Shown here: positions 47,657 to 48,762 of the stretch, one piece after another | Numbering within the stretch: the stretch's first letter is position 1 | How the letters are laid out: every line of letters starts with the position of its first letter | Assembly (NCBI GenBank): GCA_965657825.1 | Contig: CBFHQG010000005.1 | Location: 1-48,762, forward strand | Reading direction: 5' to 3' | Source of the DNA: Actinomycetes bacterium | Lineage (GTDB): Bacteria; Actinomycetota; Actinomycetes; S36-B12 | Length of the DNA stretch: 48,762 bases | Program-made: the position numbers and the translations under genes | Notes under the pieces: generated by a model | Told to the model about the DNA's origin: nothing | What the model saw: only the letters and a program-made list of their open reading frames with translations | The model's database searches: none

Positions 47657-47862
47657 GGGAGATCACCTAGTGAACCCGGCATCGCGTCGGCCTCTTACTG
47701 ACGGTGTGTTCGACAATCAGTGAGGGGAACCCAGCGGTTTCCGCATGGTCGCGATGCCTACCGACAGTGCCGAGCCGCATCGCATTGTCCCATGGCGAGG
47801 ACGCCCTCCTGAGTGACAAAGACCACAGATGAACGGTCAGGAATCGGACGTACATTGGATAT

Positions 47863-48609
47863 ATGACCGGTCAGATGGTCTCCAGTCGAAGGGAAGGCAC
47901 CCTCCCGGGTGCCCGGCTCGTGGCGGCTGTGACCGCGGTGATGCTGACGCTGGTCGCCCTGATCGTGATCGACACCCAGCCCGCAGGCGCCGCGAGTTCA
48001 CGCGTTGACGCCGACTACCGGTCTTTCTTCGCGGGGAGTGCGTTGGACGGCACCGGCTGGACCACCTGCCCCACCGCCATCACCTACTCCATCGACGTGC
48101 GTGCCCTGAAGCCTTCGCAACGCGCTCGCGAGGTCCGACGCATCCAGTGGTCCATGCGCCAGTGGGCGAAGGCCGCCGATCTGACGATCCAGTTCACCGG
48201 TCGAGAGCGGCTGCGTCTTGATCCGGCCAGTCACACCCTGCACCCCGCCGACGGCACACTGCTGCGCAATCGTCATGTCTACATCTCCTTTCTCCGCGAG
48301 GGAAAGGACCCACTCATGATCGACCCGGTGGCCGGGTTGGCGATGCCCGCCCGAGTGCGAGTCGCCGAACGCGATGTGATCGGTGGCGTTGCGCTATTCC
48401 GCGCTCGTCATGTTCGCACGCTCAGTTCGGTGGACGGCCACGCACTGAAGGGCCTCTACCTGCACGAGCTCGGGCATGTCTACGGACTCGGGCACGCTGA
48501 TATCCCCGACAACGTCATGCACCCGACCGTGACTCGTCGCACCGCACTTGGTGCCGGAGATCGTGCCGGCGTGCAGGCGGTGGTCAAGCCGTGCCCGGTG
48601 TCGCGATGA
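47863..48609 (+). CDS. Secreted matrixin-like (metzincin) metallopeptidase
   Basis: Signal/TM segment; HELGHVYGLGH plus Met-turn NVMHP. Confidence 0.88.
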   Translation: MTGQMVSSRREGTLPGARLVAAVTAVMLTLVALIVIDTQPAGAASSRVDADYRSFFAGSALDGTGWTTCPTAITYSIDVRALKPSQRAREVRRIQWSMRQWAKAADLTIQFTGRERLRLDPASHTLHPADGTLLRNRHVYISFLREGKDPLMIDPVAGLAMPARVRVAERDVIGGVALFRARHVRTLSSVDGHALKGLYLHELGHVYGLGHADIPDNVMHPTVTRRTALGAGDRAGVQAVVKPCPVSR

Positions 48610-48762
48610 CGAAGACGTTGGACTCGTAACTGCGTGCCGCCGCGTCGAAGGCGCCTCCGCAGGTGATGAGCGTCAGGCGATGCTCGCCCTCCAGCGCGAA
48701 CGCCTCCCCGGCGATCGTGGCGAACTCATCCTTGTCCACCATGAGAATTTCGGTCACCGTGT
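48584..48762 (-). CDS. Class F sortase, C-terminal part (runs off the window; absent from the ORF track)
   Basis: Manual translation ...EGEHRLTLITCGGAFDAAARSYESNVFVIATPGTA*; TLITC with Asn in the usual Arg position. Confidence 0.85.
   Translation of the reverse strand, partial: TVTEILMVDKDEFATIAGEAFALEGEHRLTLITCGGAFDAAARSYESNVFVIATPGTA

Noticed and set aside
48584-48762. Class F sortase as the anchoring enzyme for the two large surface proteins
   Set aside because: Neither protein has an LPXTG-like motif followed by a TM segment and basic tail, and the genes are over 20 kb apart

Overview
A dense, high-GC actinobacterial chromosomal window; the surface-protein style, photolyase and CrtO-like gene suggest an aquatic Actinomycetota, which is an inference. 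It holds about 47 CDSs, three tRNAs (Ser-TGA, Ser-GCT, Arg-ACG), a VapBC pair, and two large modular surface proteins split by a DUF222/HNH gene, with a two-component system downstream. No integrase, transposase, prophage or CRISPR array is visible. The best candidate for a new system is a coupled pair of Cas4/RecB-type nuclease genes (29873-32535): a single-domain nuclease plus a tandem two-domain protein ending in an SSB-like tail (DEDEDIPF), behind a RecA-NDp/PafBC-like promoter and with no helicase, CRISPR or PIWI gene nearby. Other highlights: a small HNH gene whose 3' end is the antisense of tRNA-Arg and stops in its anticodon loop; the same promoter motif before all three nuclease loci; perfect DnaA boxes before both HNH genes; a duplicated tRNA-Ser 3' end with GCA-loop hairpins; and a shared C-terminal domain plus a shared palindrome for the two surface-protein genes. 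All family calls come from reading motifs by eye; no searches were run.
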